This document shows positions 46,750 through 55,840 of a DNA stretch of 55,841 nt, piece after piece. The translations under genes and the position numbers were made by a program. Origin of the DNA: a virus (Duplodnaviria > Caudoviricetes); IMG/VR virus record IMGVR_UViG_3300038460_000023, positions 1 through 55,841 of that record. One strand, given 5' to 3'. Numbering within the stretch: the stretch's first letter is position 1; each line of letters opens with the position of its first letter. The notes under the pieces are model-generated. The model was not told where the DNA came from. It was given only the letters and a program-made list of their open reading frames with translations, and did no database searches.

Positions 46750-48124
46750 TTTTAAGAAGTTTTGCGTATTGCTTAAAACAATATTCCGGATCGTCATCTG
46801 ATTCAATTCTAAATTGAGACTTTATAATTTCCCACATGTCTGAATCTTTGAAGTTTTTAGACACGTATATGACCTTTTTATGAACATCGGCCACACAGGT
46901 AAGTCCACTTATCTTAGATTCGATTACTGGGAACGTGACAGTAAAATTATTAGCCCTACATATTTCTAAAATTTCTTCTCCAAACGTCTTATCTTTCGTT
47001 ATTTTTAAATCCGGTTTCAATATTTCAACTTTTGTATCAGCCCAATAATAGCTAGGAGAGTTTACTTTTACTTTCTTGAATCCGATGTCTATTCGTAGGT
47101 CCTCCATGAGTTTTGTGAAAAGATTCGAATTTGTCATGAATACTTCGCTTCTTTCCGTAGATGATATATACGTTTCATTAACAACTTCGGCCCATTCGTC
47201 ACTTAATTCGCACCAAAAATGCAGTTTAGATTCAAACAAATCTTCATCATGACGTTCTATCAACTTTTGAATAAAAGTATTGTTATGGCAATAGCAGAAG
47301 CATTCCTCGATATGATCTTTATATGAATTAAAATCATTAAGAAGCCTCATTTCATCTATAGAAGCTCTTTTGAAATCATATACGAATCTACTTTTAACAC
47401 TCTTGTTTTCGTGTATAAGGATCTTGTTTTTGTATAATCTTAAATGTGAATCAAGATCGTTATTTTCGAACACCTTAAGATCGTCATATTCGTAAATCGG
47501 AGTTTCGTCTTTGAGAAAATATTTATCCCAATTATTTATTATTTCATCGAGCTTTTCATTACTCCATATACAGATCAATGTAGAGTCTGAAGGTCCTTTC
47601 GATAAATTTTTGAGATCAGAAAATTCAACTTCGCCATCTTCATCAAGGCAATTGCTGTACAATTCGCGTATAGCCATCCATACTTTCCATTCATGACCAA
47701 GTTGAGGGCTAAATGCTGTTATGTGAACTATAGGATCTGCTTCACCTTCCATATCCGAACAGTGAGATCCTTCGCATAAATTATATGGGTTAGTATTTAC
47801 ATGTCCGTTATAATGAATATCAGCACATTTTTTACAAGTGTTTTCAGACGGCTCGGATTTTGTTCTGTATTCATTTACAATTAATAGCTCCTTTGTTTTT
47901 TTTGTTGAATCGTCAGCCGTAACTACAGTAGTAGAAAATTCATATTCAGAATTTCCGCTTAATATACTAACCTCTATGCCATTTCGATATAAAACAGCAA
48001 GAGCGTACTTAAGCCCAGAGTCAAACTTCCCGATCTTTGTCGGGTCATCTCTTTTAATGGAGTCCCCCATTGTTGTTATGTCCAACAATGAGAGAATTCC
48101 TTTGTTTTTGAAGATAATATTCAT
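46742..48124 (-). CDS. GHKL/HATPase-like ATP-binding protein
   Basis: MGDSIKR..KIGKFDSGLKYALAV and AIRELYSNCLDE motifs; likely ATG at 48124. Confidence 0.7.
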   Translation of the reverse strand: MNIIFKNKGILSLLDITTMGDSIKRDDPTKIGKFDSGLKYALAVLYRNGIEVSILSGNSEYEFSTTVVTADDSTKKTKELLIVNEYRTKSEPSENTCKKCADIHYNGHVNTNPYNLCEGSHCSDMEGEADPIVHITAFSPQLGHEWKVWMAIRELYSNCLDEDGEVEFSDLKNLSKGPSDSTLICIWSNEKLDEIINNWDKYFLKDETPIYEYDDLKVFENNDLDSHLRLYKNKILIHENKSVKSRFVYDFKRASIDEMRLLNDFNSYKDHIEECFCYCHNNTFIQKLIERHDEDLFESKLHFWCELSDEWAEVVNETYISSTERSEVFMTNSNLFTKLMEDLRIDIGFKKVKVNSPSYYWADTKVEILKPDLKITKDKTFGEEILEICRANNFTVTFPVIESKISGLTCVADVHKKVIYVSKNFKDSDMWEIIKSQFRIESDDDPEYCFKQYAKLLKNK

Positions 48125-48125
48125 A

Positions 48126-48392
48126 TTATAAATACTTGGCTTCAATTTCACCAATCAGATCAATTCGTTCCTGGGCCTTTTTAAGCTTAGCGTAAAGTAC
48201 TAAGAATTGATCATCGAGAGATAGGTTCGGGTCAGCAATCCAGTCATCGACGAATTGTTCGGCATCGATAAGCTCAAGCTCTGCCTTACTTTTAAGTGCG
48301 TTAATAACTGCCTGGTCCTTTTTACCCACTGAAAGGAAATCAGAATTCTTTTCTTTGTCTGCTTTTGATTTTAAAATTTCTACTCTTGTCAT
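48126..48392 (-). CDS. Hypothetical coiled-coil protein
   Basis: 88-aa ORF within the operon. Confidence 0.65.
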   Translation of the reverse strand: MTRVEILKSKADKEKNSDFLSVGKKDQAVINALKSKAELELIDAEQFVDDWIADPNLSLDDQFLVLYAKLKKAQERIDLIGEIEAKYL

Positions 48393-48422
48393 GTTCTTAA
48401 TATTAAAGATTAATTAATGTGT

Positions 48423-48986
48423 TTATGATACTAATTTGTAAATCTGAATTAATAGCGACACGTCATACTCCGCATCATGGAGCTTTGTTTCATCAACTTT
48501 AATTCCAAGTTTTTTGGCAACCGTTCGTTGTTGAAAATTTGGAAACGAGGCTCGTTCTCCTTTGAATTTATTTGAAGCCAGTACGTAGCAATCTATTGAG
48601 TCCGGCCAGAACCACGAACCAAAATATTGATCACTGTTTTGAACAAAGAAGGCTCTAAAAAAAGCATTGTCGAATGAATTGTTATTATACCCAACCAGAT
48701 GAAACTTATCCGTCTTATTGAATTTGTCCACGTATTTCGCAAGCATACTTACAAGTTCTTTGTACACAAAATCCATGTCAAGGTATTTCATAATCTGTTC
48801 GCGGGTAACATTGCCTACTTTTAAAGCTTCGTCTTCAATTTCAGCTTTCTCGAAAGGCTTTACTCTAAAGTTGAATTTTTCAACAATTTCACCGTCGATC
48901 ATGATTGCACCGGACATTTGATGAATACCATTGCGCCAGTATTTAACGCCGGTTGTTTCGAGATCGTAAAAGAATAATTTTTCCAT
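48423..48986 (-). CDS. DEDDh 3'-5' exonuclease
   Basis: YDLETTG, GYN..FD and LHDAEYD motifs. Confidence 0.9.
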   Translation of the reverse strand: MEKLFFYDLETTGVKYWRNGIHQMSGAIMIDGEIVEKFNFRVKPFEKAEIEDEALKVGNVTREQIMKYLDMDFVYKELVSMLAKYVDKFNKTDKFHLVGYNNNSFDNAFFRAFFVQNSDQYFGSWFWPDSIDCYVLASNKFKGERASFPNFQQRTVAKKLGIKVDETKLHDAEYDVSLLIQIYKLVS

Positions 48987-48991
48987 TTATT

Positions 48992-49942
48992 TCAAAGAAT
49001 TAACACGCTTTCCCATTCCTCCTTAAGAGTTTTTGTAATTATAACCGGCTTTTCACCAACTTTAGTCACTCCATTAAACGATTTGTTCGTTGGCGAGGGA
49101 TAATAGCTCGAATCACTATTTAAGCAAATCCAAAGCCTATTTGCGGCATTTTGACATAGAGCAGTGGACTCCTCCAAGCTCAAGTATTTAAAGTCAAATG
49201 TCGGGACTTTGGTATCCATCCAATCCTTTGTCCGGAGAACGGCTGTATTTTCAGCCTGAGTTTCATAAGTCTCATTCCACATCAACTGCTCGCATGCAAC
49301 TTGCTCCATCTGGTGTCCGGAGATTTGATTCGAAGTCTTAAGATTTATAGTCACGTTTTTAAACGCTCCCTTCTCAGTACACCGGCATGAGCAAAATAAA
49401 TCAATTGGCGTTGCAATTTTCATTGTCTTCCAGATAGCCGGTGTTTCAATAGCGTAAACTTCATGAACCCTTTCAAAGATAAATTGCATGAGAGAGGCCA
49501 CGTGTTTACAATATTCGTAAGACATCGCTTTTATTACCCGGAGATCCGGTTCGAGACTTTTGGCTTTGTAAGCATTTACAAAATAATCGTAAGCCTTGCC
49601 TTTTTCTTCACTCCAATTGATACCTCCCTTTTCTTTTATAGTAACTAGGGCCATGTGAAGTAAGGTTCCAAAATCAGCCGTCATGCCAACATAATCATCA
49701 GTATTCTTTTCACCGAATGAGCCGACCATCTTCTCGCGCCACTTTATAAGTCTTTTGTGATCGGGATTACCGGCAAAGGTGGCGGCACTTAGAGCTCCCG
49801 TAAGTCCAGAGAAGTATTCGAATGGCTCTTGCTGAATGTAAAGCCTATAACCCATGTAATTTACTCTGAACATTTTATTGAAGTTGCCGATTTTTAACAT
49901 GTTTTCGACAACTTCAATGTCTTTTATTTCTGATACTTCCAT
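48992..49942 (-). CDS. PD-(D/E)xK-like exonuclease
   Basis: L.KW, GTLLH, AIE, PIDL, NLKTS..Q motifs. Confidence 0.6.
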   Translation of the reverse strand: MEVSEIKDIEVVENMLKIGNFNKMFRVNYMGYRLYIQQEPFEYFSGLTGALSAATFAGNPDHKRLIKWREKMVGSFGEKNTDDYVGMTADFGTLLHMALVTIKEKGGINWSEEKGKAYDYFVNAYKAKSLEPDLRVIKAMSYEYCKHVASLMQFIFERVHEVYAIETPAIWKTMKIATPIDLFCSCRCTEKGAFKNVTINLKTSNQISGHQMEQVACEQLMWNETYETQAENTAVLRTKDWMDTKVPTFDFKYLSLEESTALCQNAANRLWICLNSDSSYYPSPTNKSFNGVTKVGEKPVIITKTLKEEWESVLIL

Positions 49943-50271
49943 TATAAATTTTCTTGTTTTAAAAGTTCGTCAGCCTGCATATAGCGTAATATCGTACGAC
50001 CCTTGATGTACCATGACACAAACTCTTTAGGATGCTTATCAACATCTGGACATGGCTCTCCAACTATTTCTTCTTGCAAACGTCTTGACCAGTTGTCAAA
50101 ATCCTCGCCTACCGAGCAAGCTGTTTTAAGACGTTTTGACATTCCCGGATCATAATTGATAATCTGCATGTTTCCATTTGGCAAGTAGATGCATATGGCG
50201 TCTCCAAAGCCTGCTTCATTCCATTTAAAGAATGGGTAAGCCGGCTCTTGACCTAATTTTTTATCGTCCAT
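49942..50271 (-). CDS. Phage protein (EPAYP...GMSKR...ADELL family)
   Basis: Characteristic family motifs. Confidence 0.6.
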   Translation of the reverse strand: MDDKKLGQEPAYPFFKWNEAGFGDAICIYLPNGNMQIINYDPGMSKRLKTACSVGEDFDNWSRRLQEEIVGEPCPDVDKHPKEFVSWYIKGRTILRYMQADELLKQENL

Positions 50272-50305
50272 TTAAATATTTAATTAATTGTATATTAATA
50301 AGTTA

Positions 50306-51058
50306 TCAGAATGGTAGATCGTCCGACCCGTCGCTTTCGGGTCCTACAAAATTATCCGCCGGAATATCATATGCAGCCCCAGGATTCGAAGACGGTGTGG
50401 GATCGCTTTGAACAGGTTTGTTAAAAACCATCTTCTTGAATTGATCCCTCAAAAACTTTTTGACCTGTAAAAAATAGATCTTCTGGTCTTCTTTGTCTTC
50501 AAAATTAACCCCCTTGGAAGATGGAAATCCATTTTTAAACACCATAGAGCCATTGGGGGCTACCCCTACCCATTCCCGGTAGTACGAATTTACTCTGTAA
50601 ATAACTTCGCCAGACTTCTTTTCTACCTTAGTTGTGTTAGCATTATCATCCTGCTCAACATTGAGTCCGGCCCTTCTTTTCTTTTCCTTATCCTCGAAAT
50701 CGTAAACATGGATAACAACCGGTCTTTCCAAGACAATGTTAGGGAGTCTTTCCATAAAAGCAGTCCAGAACACACTATCTTCAGAAAAAGACAACTGGTA
50801 AACATCTGGACCGTCAGACAAAGTAACCTCAAATGAATTTCCATACTCTTTGTCTTCCTTATAGAAGATGCCTTCGATTATTCCGCCGATAAAATCGTGT
50901 TCTAAGGCCCATGACTCCGCACCTGCTTTTGTGAGCCTCTTAACAGCTCCCGGTGTATTTGCATCAACCTTAGTTTTATTCTCAAGTGATTTCTGTCTTA
51001 TCTTACCAAAACCAACGGTAAGGTAAATTTTTGGTGTACTACTGTTTGATCCAAGCAT
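50306..51058 (-). CDS. Putative ssDNA-binding protein
   Basis: Acidic C-terminal tail ending DDLPF; near the exonuclease genes. Confidence 0.6.
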   Translation of the reverse strand: MLGSNSSTPKIYLTVGFGKIRQKSLENKTKVDANTPGAVKRLTKAGAESWALEHDFIGGIIEGIFYKEDKEYGNSFEVTLSDGPDVYQLSFSEDSVFWTAFMERLPNIVLERPVVIHVYDFEDKEKKRRAGLNVEQDDNANTTKVEKKSGEVIYRVNSYYREWVGVAPNGSMVFKNGFPSSKGVNFEDKEDQKIYFLQVKKFLRDQFKKMVFNKPVQSDPTPSSNPGAAYDIPADNFVGPESDGSDDLPF

Positions 51059-51086
51059 TTTTTTAATTATTAATTAATATTCAAAT

Positions 51087-51596
51087 TTACTTCTTTCTTT
51101 TTAATTTTTTCAATTCTCGCATATGTTTTACAACATCCTTCTTAATATTTTTATAAAAAGTAGTTCCGAGCTTAACTTCTTTTATATTATTCAGGTGACT
51201 CGATTCTAAATCAACAAACGCTTGATGAACGGCAATGAAATAATTTATTTTTTCTTTTACAATACTAAACTTAGCGCTTATCCGAAAATGATTGCGAATA
51301 TCAACCCCAGGAACATAAATATTGCCAACAAATACAAAGTACCCTTTTTCAATCAAATCTTTCATTGTTTTCAGCAACATGCCTGAGCCTAAAGTTATAC
51401 CAAGATTTGTTTTAGCAGACACGGAGACTGATCTTGCCGTAAACATCTTATCGTTATAATCTTCGTCCATAAAAATCAATATGGAGGCTAGGAGGAAGTT
51501 AAATTCCTGCTCAGACAGATTGAAGAATATGCGCATATCAAGCCGGATTTGCTTGCTTATGATTGTGCTTTTTAAAAAAGTGGCGTGTGTTATCAT
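51087..51596 (-). CDS. Hypothetical protein (possible winged helix)
   Basis: LSEQEF..L...L..LIEKGY pattern. Confidence 0.5.
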   Translation of the reverse strand: MITHATFLKSTIISKQIRLDMRIFFNLSEQEFNFLLASILIFMDEDYNDKMFTARSVSVSAKTNLGITLGSGMLLKTMKDLIEKGYFVFVGNIYVPGVDIRNHFRISAKFSIVKEKINYFIAVHQAFVDLESSHLNNIKEVKLGTTFYKNIKKDVVKHMRELKKLKRKK

Positions 51597-52060
51597 TTAT
51601 TCAAAGTATTTATATCAATAATATCTCGTCCAAATCTTGATTGATCGCCTAGCCAAAAATGCCATGAAAATAATAGATCGTAAATATTTTTTAATTCAAA
51701 TCCAAATAAATACGATCTTTCGCCTTTAAAAACTAAATTACCATCAAAGTTTATACTAACTGAAAGTTTATAGCGTACAATTGCTGTTATTTCTTCAATC
51801 GGTATGAATTTTTTTCCATTAATTTTGATTTCTTTTGTAATATCAGAAGAAGGCCTAAAAATTGGAATTATATCAAATCTTGAATAGCCCCTACCTACAA
51901 CATTTTGTTTCATTAAAAATGACCTATTTGTATTTTTCATAGTAACCCAATATCTCCATTTACCTATAGTGGTAATTTGAGTTAACTCAGCAATCCCATG
52001 CTTTGTTTTAATTCTTAATCCATACGGTAGATACGGTGCAATCTCTTGTAGTGTTATCAT
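51593..52060 (-). CDS. Bacteroidota phage conserved protein (APYLPYGL family)
   Basis: IAPYLPYGL, PIFRP.SD.TKEI and L.SWHF motifs. Confidence 0.65.
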   Translation of the reverse strand: MITLQEIAPYLPYGLRIKTKHGIAELTQITTIGKWRYWVTMKNTNRSFLMKQNVVGRGYSRFDIIPIFRPSSDITKEIKINGKKFIPIEEITAIVRYKLSVSINFDGNLVFKGERSYLFGFELKNIYDLLFSWHFWLGDQSRFGRDIIDINTLNK

Positions 52061-52632
52061 AATTCAACAGTTGTTCTAAATTTACCCGGATAATAACTAG
52101 CTGGCGGTAATTCTTCGATTACTTTATTGAGCACCTCTAAAGCTTCTTGTAGTTCTTTCGGCAAAGATTCTTGATCCTCACTTATATCGTTGCTCCAATA
52201 ATCCGCGTCAACTTTTATAAAATATGATGGACTGCATATGATCAATCTAAGGTCTGAGGCTCCTTCAATGCCTTCGTCTTCTAAATATTCTATTATTTCA
52301 TCAGTATCGCCGAAATAACGGCCAAGCGTATCGCTATAGAGATAGTCCTTACCATCCCATTCCTTAAATGGTTTAGCCAAATATTTTTCAATGTGATTTC
52401 TATTCCTGCATGCTTCGCATAATACATAATGCTTCTCCATGATATTTCCGCATTCACATGTTTTATGTGTACAACTAGAATATCTAGCCGAATCCTCACT
52501 TTTGTACATTTGACCTTTTATATCTAGCCAACCTTCGAAAGCACCTTGTATTCCATCGCCACCATAGTTACCCTTAACATATCTTGCGGCCTCCGGACTT
52601 TCGTACATTATAATTTTTTCTTCTTTTTTCAT
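52057..52632 (-). CDS. Phage protein with Cys cluster
   Basis: ARYSSCTHKTCECG...CEAC; TACATTTG box at 52649-52656 (-). Confidence 0.7.
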   Translation of the reverse strand: MKKEEKIIMYESPEAARYVKGNYGGDGIQGAFEGWLDIKGQMYKSEDSARYSSCTHKTCECGNIMEKHYVLCEACRNRNHIEKYLAKPFKEWDGKDYLYSDTLGRYFGDTDEIIEYLEDEGIEGASDLRLIICSPSYFIKVDADYWSNDISEDQESLPKELQEALEVLNKVIEELPPASYYPGKFRTTVEL

Positions 52633-52749
52633 AGCTAAAATTTGATTACAAATGTAATGCTATTTAATAAAATACAATCATATTTTCGTATGTTTTAAAA
52701 CATGTTTAATATAAATTATTTTTATTACTTTTGATAAAAAATTAATACC

Positions 52750-52953
52750 ATGAGTAAACAGAGAAACACGAAAAAGAGACGTAAGCAAAATGCTTATAAA
52801 AAATCAAGACGAATAATTTTTGTAAGAAAATTTTGTAACTTATTCGGCCCAATGGATTGGAGCTCGATACTTGATCCAAGTATTGAAATCACCGAGCGCA
52901 ATACCGGAGTTATTATAATGGATATTAAACAAATATTTGTTTATGAAAAATAA
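52750..52953 (+). CDS. Hypothetical basic protein (+ strand island)
   Basis: TACTTTTG box at 52726-52733 and an A-rich leader. Confidence 0.45.
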   Translation: MSKQRNTKKRRKQNAYKKSRRIIFVRKFCNLFGPMDWSSILDPSIEITERNTGVIIMDIKQIFVYEK

Positions 52954-53278
52954 AATCGCCTTATTAATTCGAATATTTATCTTATTATTAGCTTGGTTTA
53001 AGTTTCAATACAATTCGTTTTTGAATTACTTTATGTGGTACAGCTTAATAATTAAAGCGAATATTTATTCCAAGCTTTACAAGACTCAGTTTTTTATTGT
53101 GCCTAAAAGTAAGCGTTCGCTTATGATTGTTAATTATCGCTTTGTCGGCTGGTACAATGAGCTTAGGAAGAAAACAAAACTTGAGGATAAGCAAAAGTTT
53201 GATCAGTTTAAAATGAAAAGAATAACGATAAGTACATTACAGGACAAGAGTTATTTTAAAACAAAAAAGCCGGGTTGA
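52943..53278 (+). CDS. Hypothetical protein with hydrophobic N-terminus (+ strand island)
   Basis: Ends at a bidirectional terminator. Confidence 0.55.
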   Translation: MKNKIALLIRIFILLLAWFKFQYNSFLNYFMWYSLIIKANIYSKLYKTQFFIVPKSKRSLMIVNYRFVGWYNELRKKTKLEDKQKFDQFKMKRITISTLQDKSYFKTKKPG

Positions 53279-53290
53279 TGCCCGGCTTTA
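53263..53290. terminator. Bidirectional terminator
   Basis: AAAAAAGCCGGG-TTGATG-CCCGGCTTT between convergent genes. Confidence 0.75.
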
Positions 53291-53416
53291 ATTACTTTTT
53301 ACGTTTGAATTATTATTGAACGATTCGTCACACATTTTAATTATCCTGTCTCCATAGTATTTTGCATAGAAAGCGTAATACCAATTTGGTTTTTCGTTTA
53401 TATTTACTTTCACTTG

Positions 53417-53689
53417 CTAATAGCTTAAATTAAACAATTGATCCAATTTTTCCATATCCGAATCCCTTTCGTCTTCAGATTTATAATAGTGGAATACACG
53501 AGACTTATCGCCAGTCATGGCAAAGTAAATGTAAATCCCAAATTTACCACTAGTAGTACGGGTCGCTGTCTTTTCCTTGTCATTTGACAGGGCGACAGTG
53601 GAAGTTTCAAACGGCTCGTATCTTTTTATTGATACGGTCCGATACCTTATTTTTTGAATTTTAATAAACTCGGTTTTAGTTGTACTCAT
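53417..53689 (-). CDS. Hypothetical protein
   Basis: 90-aa ORF with an A-rich leader. Confidence 0.6.
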   Translation of the reverse strand: MSTTKTEFIKIQKIRYRTVSIKRYEPFETSTVALSNDKEKTATRTTSGKFGIYIYFAMTGDKSRVFHYYKSEDERDSDMEKLDQLFNLSY

Positions 53690-53704
53690 GATTTTAATTT
53701 TATG

Positions 53705-53938
53705 TTAAAAACTTTCAAATACTTTTTCCTGTAAAAACTCGATATCTTCTTTATCCAAAGAAACGGACGGCGAAATAAAGAGATACTTTAAAAAATATTT
53801 CATCTGCTTTAAGCTCATTTCTTTTATCAAAGTTACACACTGAGTACTTTGCCCGTTAATCTTAGAATCTATGATATAATCAAAGAATTCTTCCATGGTT
53901 TTAAAACCATATATTTTCAATGCCTTCTTGCTTACCAT
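53705..53938 (-). CDS. Hypothetical protein
   Basis: Likely ATG at 53938 (MVSKKALK...), just after the upstream stop. Confidence 0.6.
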   Translation of the reverse strand: MVSKKALKIYGFKTMEEFFDYIIDSKINGQSTQCVTLIKEMSLKQMKYFLKYLFISPSVSLDKEDIEFLQEKVFESF

Positions 53939-53939
53939 A

Positions 53940-54290
53940 CTATTGTTTTTTAAACCAGTTTTCCATATAAGCATCATTCGGGACGCTTTCCAGTAGCTTA
54001 ATCGTTGTATCCATAGCTCTGCGATGAAGCTCGCTCGCTTCTCTATGACTAAGGTCGTTTCTCTTAAGCCTGGAAAGACAATCGTCGTACGTTGTTTCAA
54101 TATCCGGTTTTAAGAATATTGACTTTCGATAGATTATAGATATGTTCCGTTCTCTCAGGTTACTTTCTTTGATGTGTGAAATGTCATCCTGAATAATCTT
54201 TCGGGATTGAATGAATTCTTTTTTGACTTCCCAAATAATTTGGCGAAGTTCAAAATACGACCTTACAATTTTTTTAAATAATTTTTTCAT
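53940..54290 (-). CDS. Hypothetical protein
   Basis: Likely start MKKLF at 54290. Confidence 0.5.
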   Translation of the reverse strand: MKKLFKKIVRSYFELRQIIWEVKKEFIQSRKIIQDDISHIKESNLRERNISIIYRKSIFLKPDIETTYDDCLSRLKRNDLSHREASELHRRAMDTTIKLLESVPNDAYMENWFKKQ

Positions 54291-54373
54291 AATTTTATAT
54301 TTTATATTTGGTTTCATTACACCCCTTTCGGGGGTGTACTCTGAATTAATCCGGACTTGTAACCGGTAAAACA

Positions 54374-54586
54374 TTACAATAACGTCACTTTTGTGATATA
54401 AGACGCGTAAGGCTCGCTTTTCCCTGTCGAGACTACAATTAGTCTTTCTGTTGTTATTTTACGCCCATGGTGAGTTGCAATAGCGGTAAGGTGCTTATCT
54501 TTTTTATCAGAATAAAATACCTTGCCCGGCTTCCCGTTAGCTATTGCCCAGCTTTCAAAAGTGTATTGAGTATTTAATTTGCTCAT
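54374..54586 (-). CDS. Hypothetical protein
   Basis: 70-aa ORF. Confidence 0.6.
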   Translation of the reverse strand: MSKLNTQYTFESWAIANGKPGKVFYSDKKDKHLTAIATHHGRKITTERLIVVSTGKSEPYASYITKVTLL

Positions 54587-54588
54587 GA

Positions 54589-54981
54589 TTATTGAATTTC
54601 AGACATTAATTCCAATTCCTTATCGGTAAAAAGTCTTTTTAAGTTCTCGTACTCTTTAACGACCGCTTTATATGTTTTTAAATCTGATCTGCTATCAGTA
54701 TTACAACCGAAATCAGAACGAAAATCATGAAAAGTACCTACGTCATATTTAGTTAAGCATGCTAATACTGAATAGGCGCTAGGTTGCTTACCAGTATTAA
54801 CAATTGATTGTCCAAAAGTAAACGTATAGCTCCCATTTTTATTCCTAAGAGTTATTTTATAGATATCTCTTTGATCTTTATCACCAGTAAAATAATAATC
54901 GTGTTTAAAAAACTTTGCCTTGAAAGTTGTTTCAGTTTGTTTTAAAAAGCTAGTTGCTTTTACTTCGTATTCATTTTCCAT
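54589..54981 (-). CDS. Conserved phage protein (PSAYSVLACL.KYD.G.F.DF..DFG)
   Basis: Recurrent motif in phage early genes. Confidence 0.65.
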   Translation of the reverse strand: MENEYEVKATSFLKQTETTFKAKFFKHDYYFTGDKDQRDIYKITLRNKNGSYTFTFGQSIVNTGKQPSAYSVLACLTKYDVGTFHDFRSDFGCNTDSRSDLKTYKAVVKEYENLKRLFTDKELELMSEIQ

Positions 54982-54985
54982 AATA

Positions 54986-55189
54986 TTATTGATTAAAATA
55001 TTTAAAATTGAATGTTTGTACTTTAAAAGTATTCTCAGTTTTTTTACATTGCCTTGTTAACAGGCGAATGTACCTTAAGTATCTAAATATACCCATTACG
55101 TTATAGTAAACCGGAAAACATGTAATAGGAGACATTGAAGAGCGTATAAATAAATCCGGTTCGTCGTATGTATTTACCATGTATTTCAT
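54986..55189 (-). CDS. Hypothetical protein
   Basis: Likely ATG at 55189, downstream of a terminator hairpin. Confidence 0.4.
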   Translation of the reverse strand: MKYMVNTYDEPDLFIRSSMSPITCFPVYYNVMGIFRYLRYIRLLTRQCKKTENTFKVQTFNFKYFNQ

Positions 55190-55218
55190 GATGTAAAAAT
55201 GTTTTGGTTTGTACTGGC

Positions 55219-55251
55219 AAAACCCGCTAACGAAATAAATCATTAGCGGGT
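55219..55251 (-). terminator. Intrinsic terminator (- strand)
   Basis: ACCCGCTAA...TTAGCGGGT stem followed by TTT on the - strand. Confidence 0.6.
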
Positions 55252-55258
55252 ATTTACT

Positions 55259-55840
55259 TTAAATAACTTCTTTGAATTCAAAATCGCCGTTTAGCCTATA
55301 CTTAATGTTCGGTTTTATTCCGTTTTCGCCTATTAAAGCTATTTTTCGTTTATAATTATTACCGTCGTAATAGGTGATAATTAATACTCCCTCATCCCCA
55401 GCGGTGGCCGTTCCTTCGCTCCCAGCGGTGGCCGTTCCATTGTCCCCAGCGGTGGCCGTTCCATAGTCCCCAGCGGTGGCCGTTCCTTCGCTCCCAGCGG
55501 TGGCCGTTCCTTTGTACCCAGCGGTGGCCGTTCCTTTGCTCCCAGCGGTGGCCGTTCCATTGTCCCCAGCGGTGGCCGTTCCTTTGTACCCAGCGGTGGC
55601 CGTTCCTTTGTACCCAGCGGTGGCCGTTCCTTTGCTCCCAGCGGTGGCCGTTCCTTTGCTCCCAGCGGTGGCCGTTCCATTGTCCCCAGCGGTGGCCGTT
55701 CCTTCGCTCCCAGCGGTGGCCGTTCCTTTGTCCCCAGCGGTGGCCGTTCCTTCGCTCCCAGCGGTGGCCGTTCCATTGTCCCCAGCGGTGGCCGTTCCTT
55801 TGTACCCAGCGGTGGCCGTTCCTTTGTACCCAGCGGTGGC
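55259..55840 (-). CDS. Octapeptide-repeat protein (ATAGxxGT)n, 5'-truncated; DUF7666-like C-terminus
   Basis: Frame reads ATAGYKGT/ATAGDNGT/ATAGSEGT... then VLIITYYDGNNYKRKIALIGENGIKPNIKYRLNGDFEFKEVI*. Confidence 0.8.
   Translation of the reverse strand, partial: ATAGYKGTATAGYKGTATAGDNGTATAGSEGTATAGDKGTATAGSEGTATAGDNGTATAGSKGTATAGSKGTATAGYKGTATAGYKGTATAGDNGTATAGSKGTATAGYKGTATAGSEGTATAGDYGTATAGDNGTATAGSEGTATAGDEGVLIITYYDGNNYKRKIALIGENGIKPNIKYRLNGDFEFKEVI

Noticed and set aside
55381-55776. ORF-track protein (MERPPLGAKERPPLG)n
   Set aside because: Shadow frame of the 24-bp repeat; the ATAGxxGT frame continues into a recognisable C-terminal domain.
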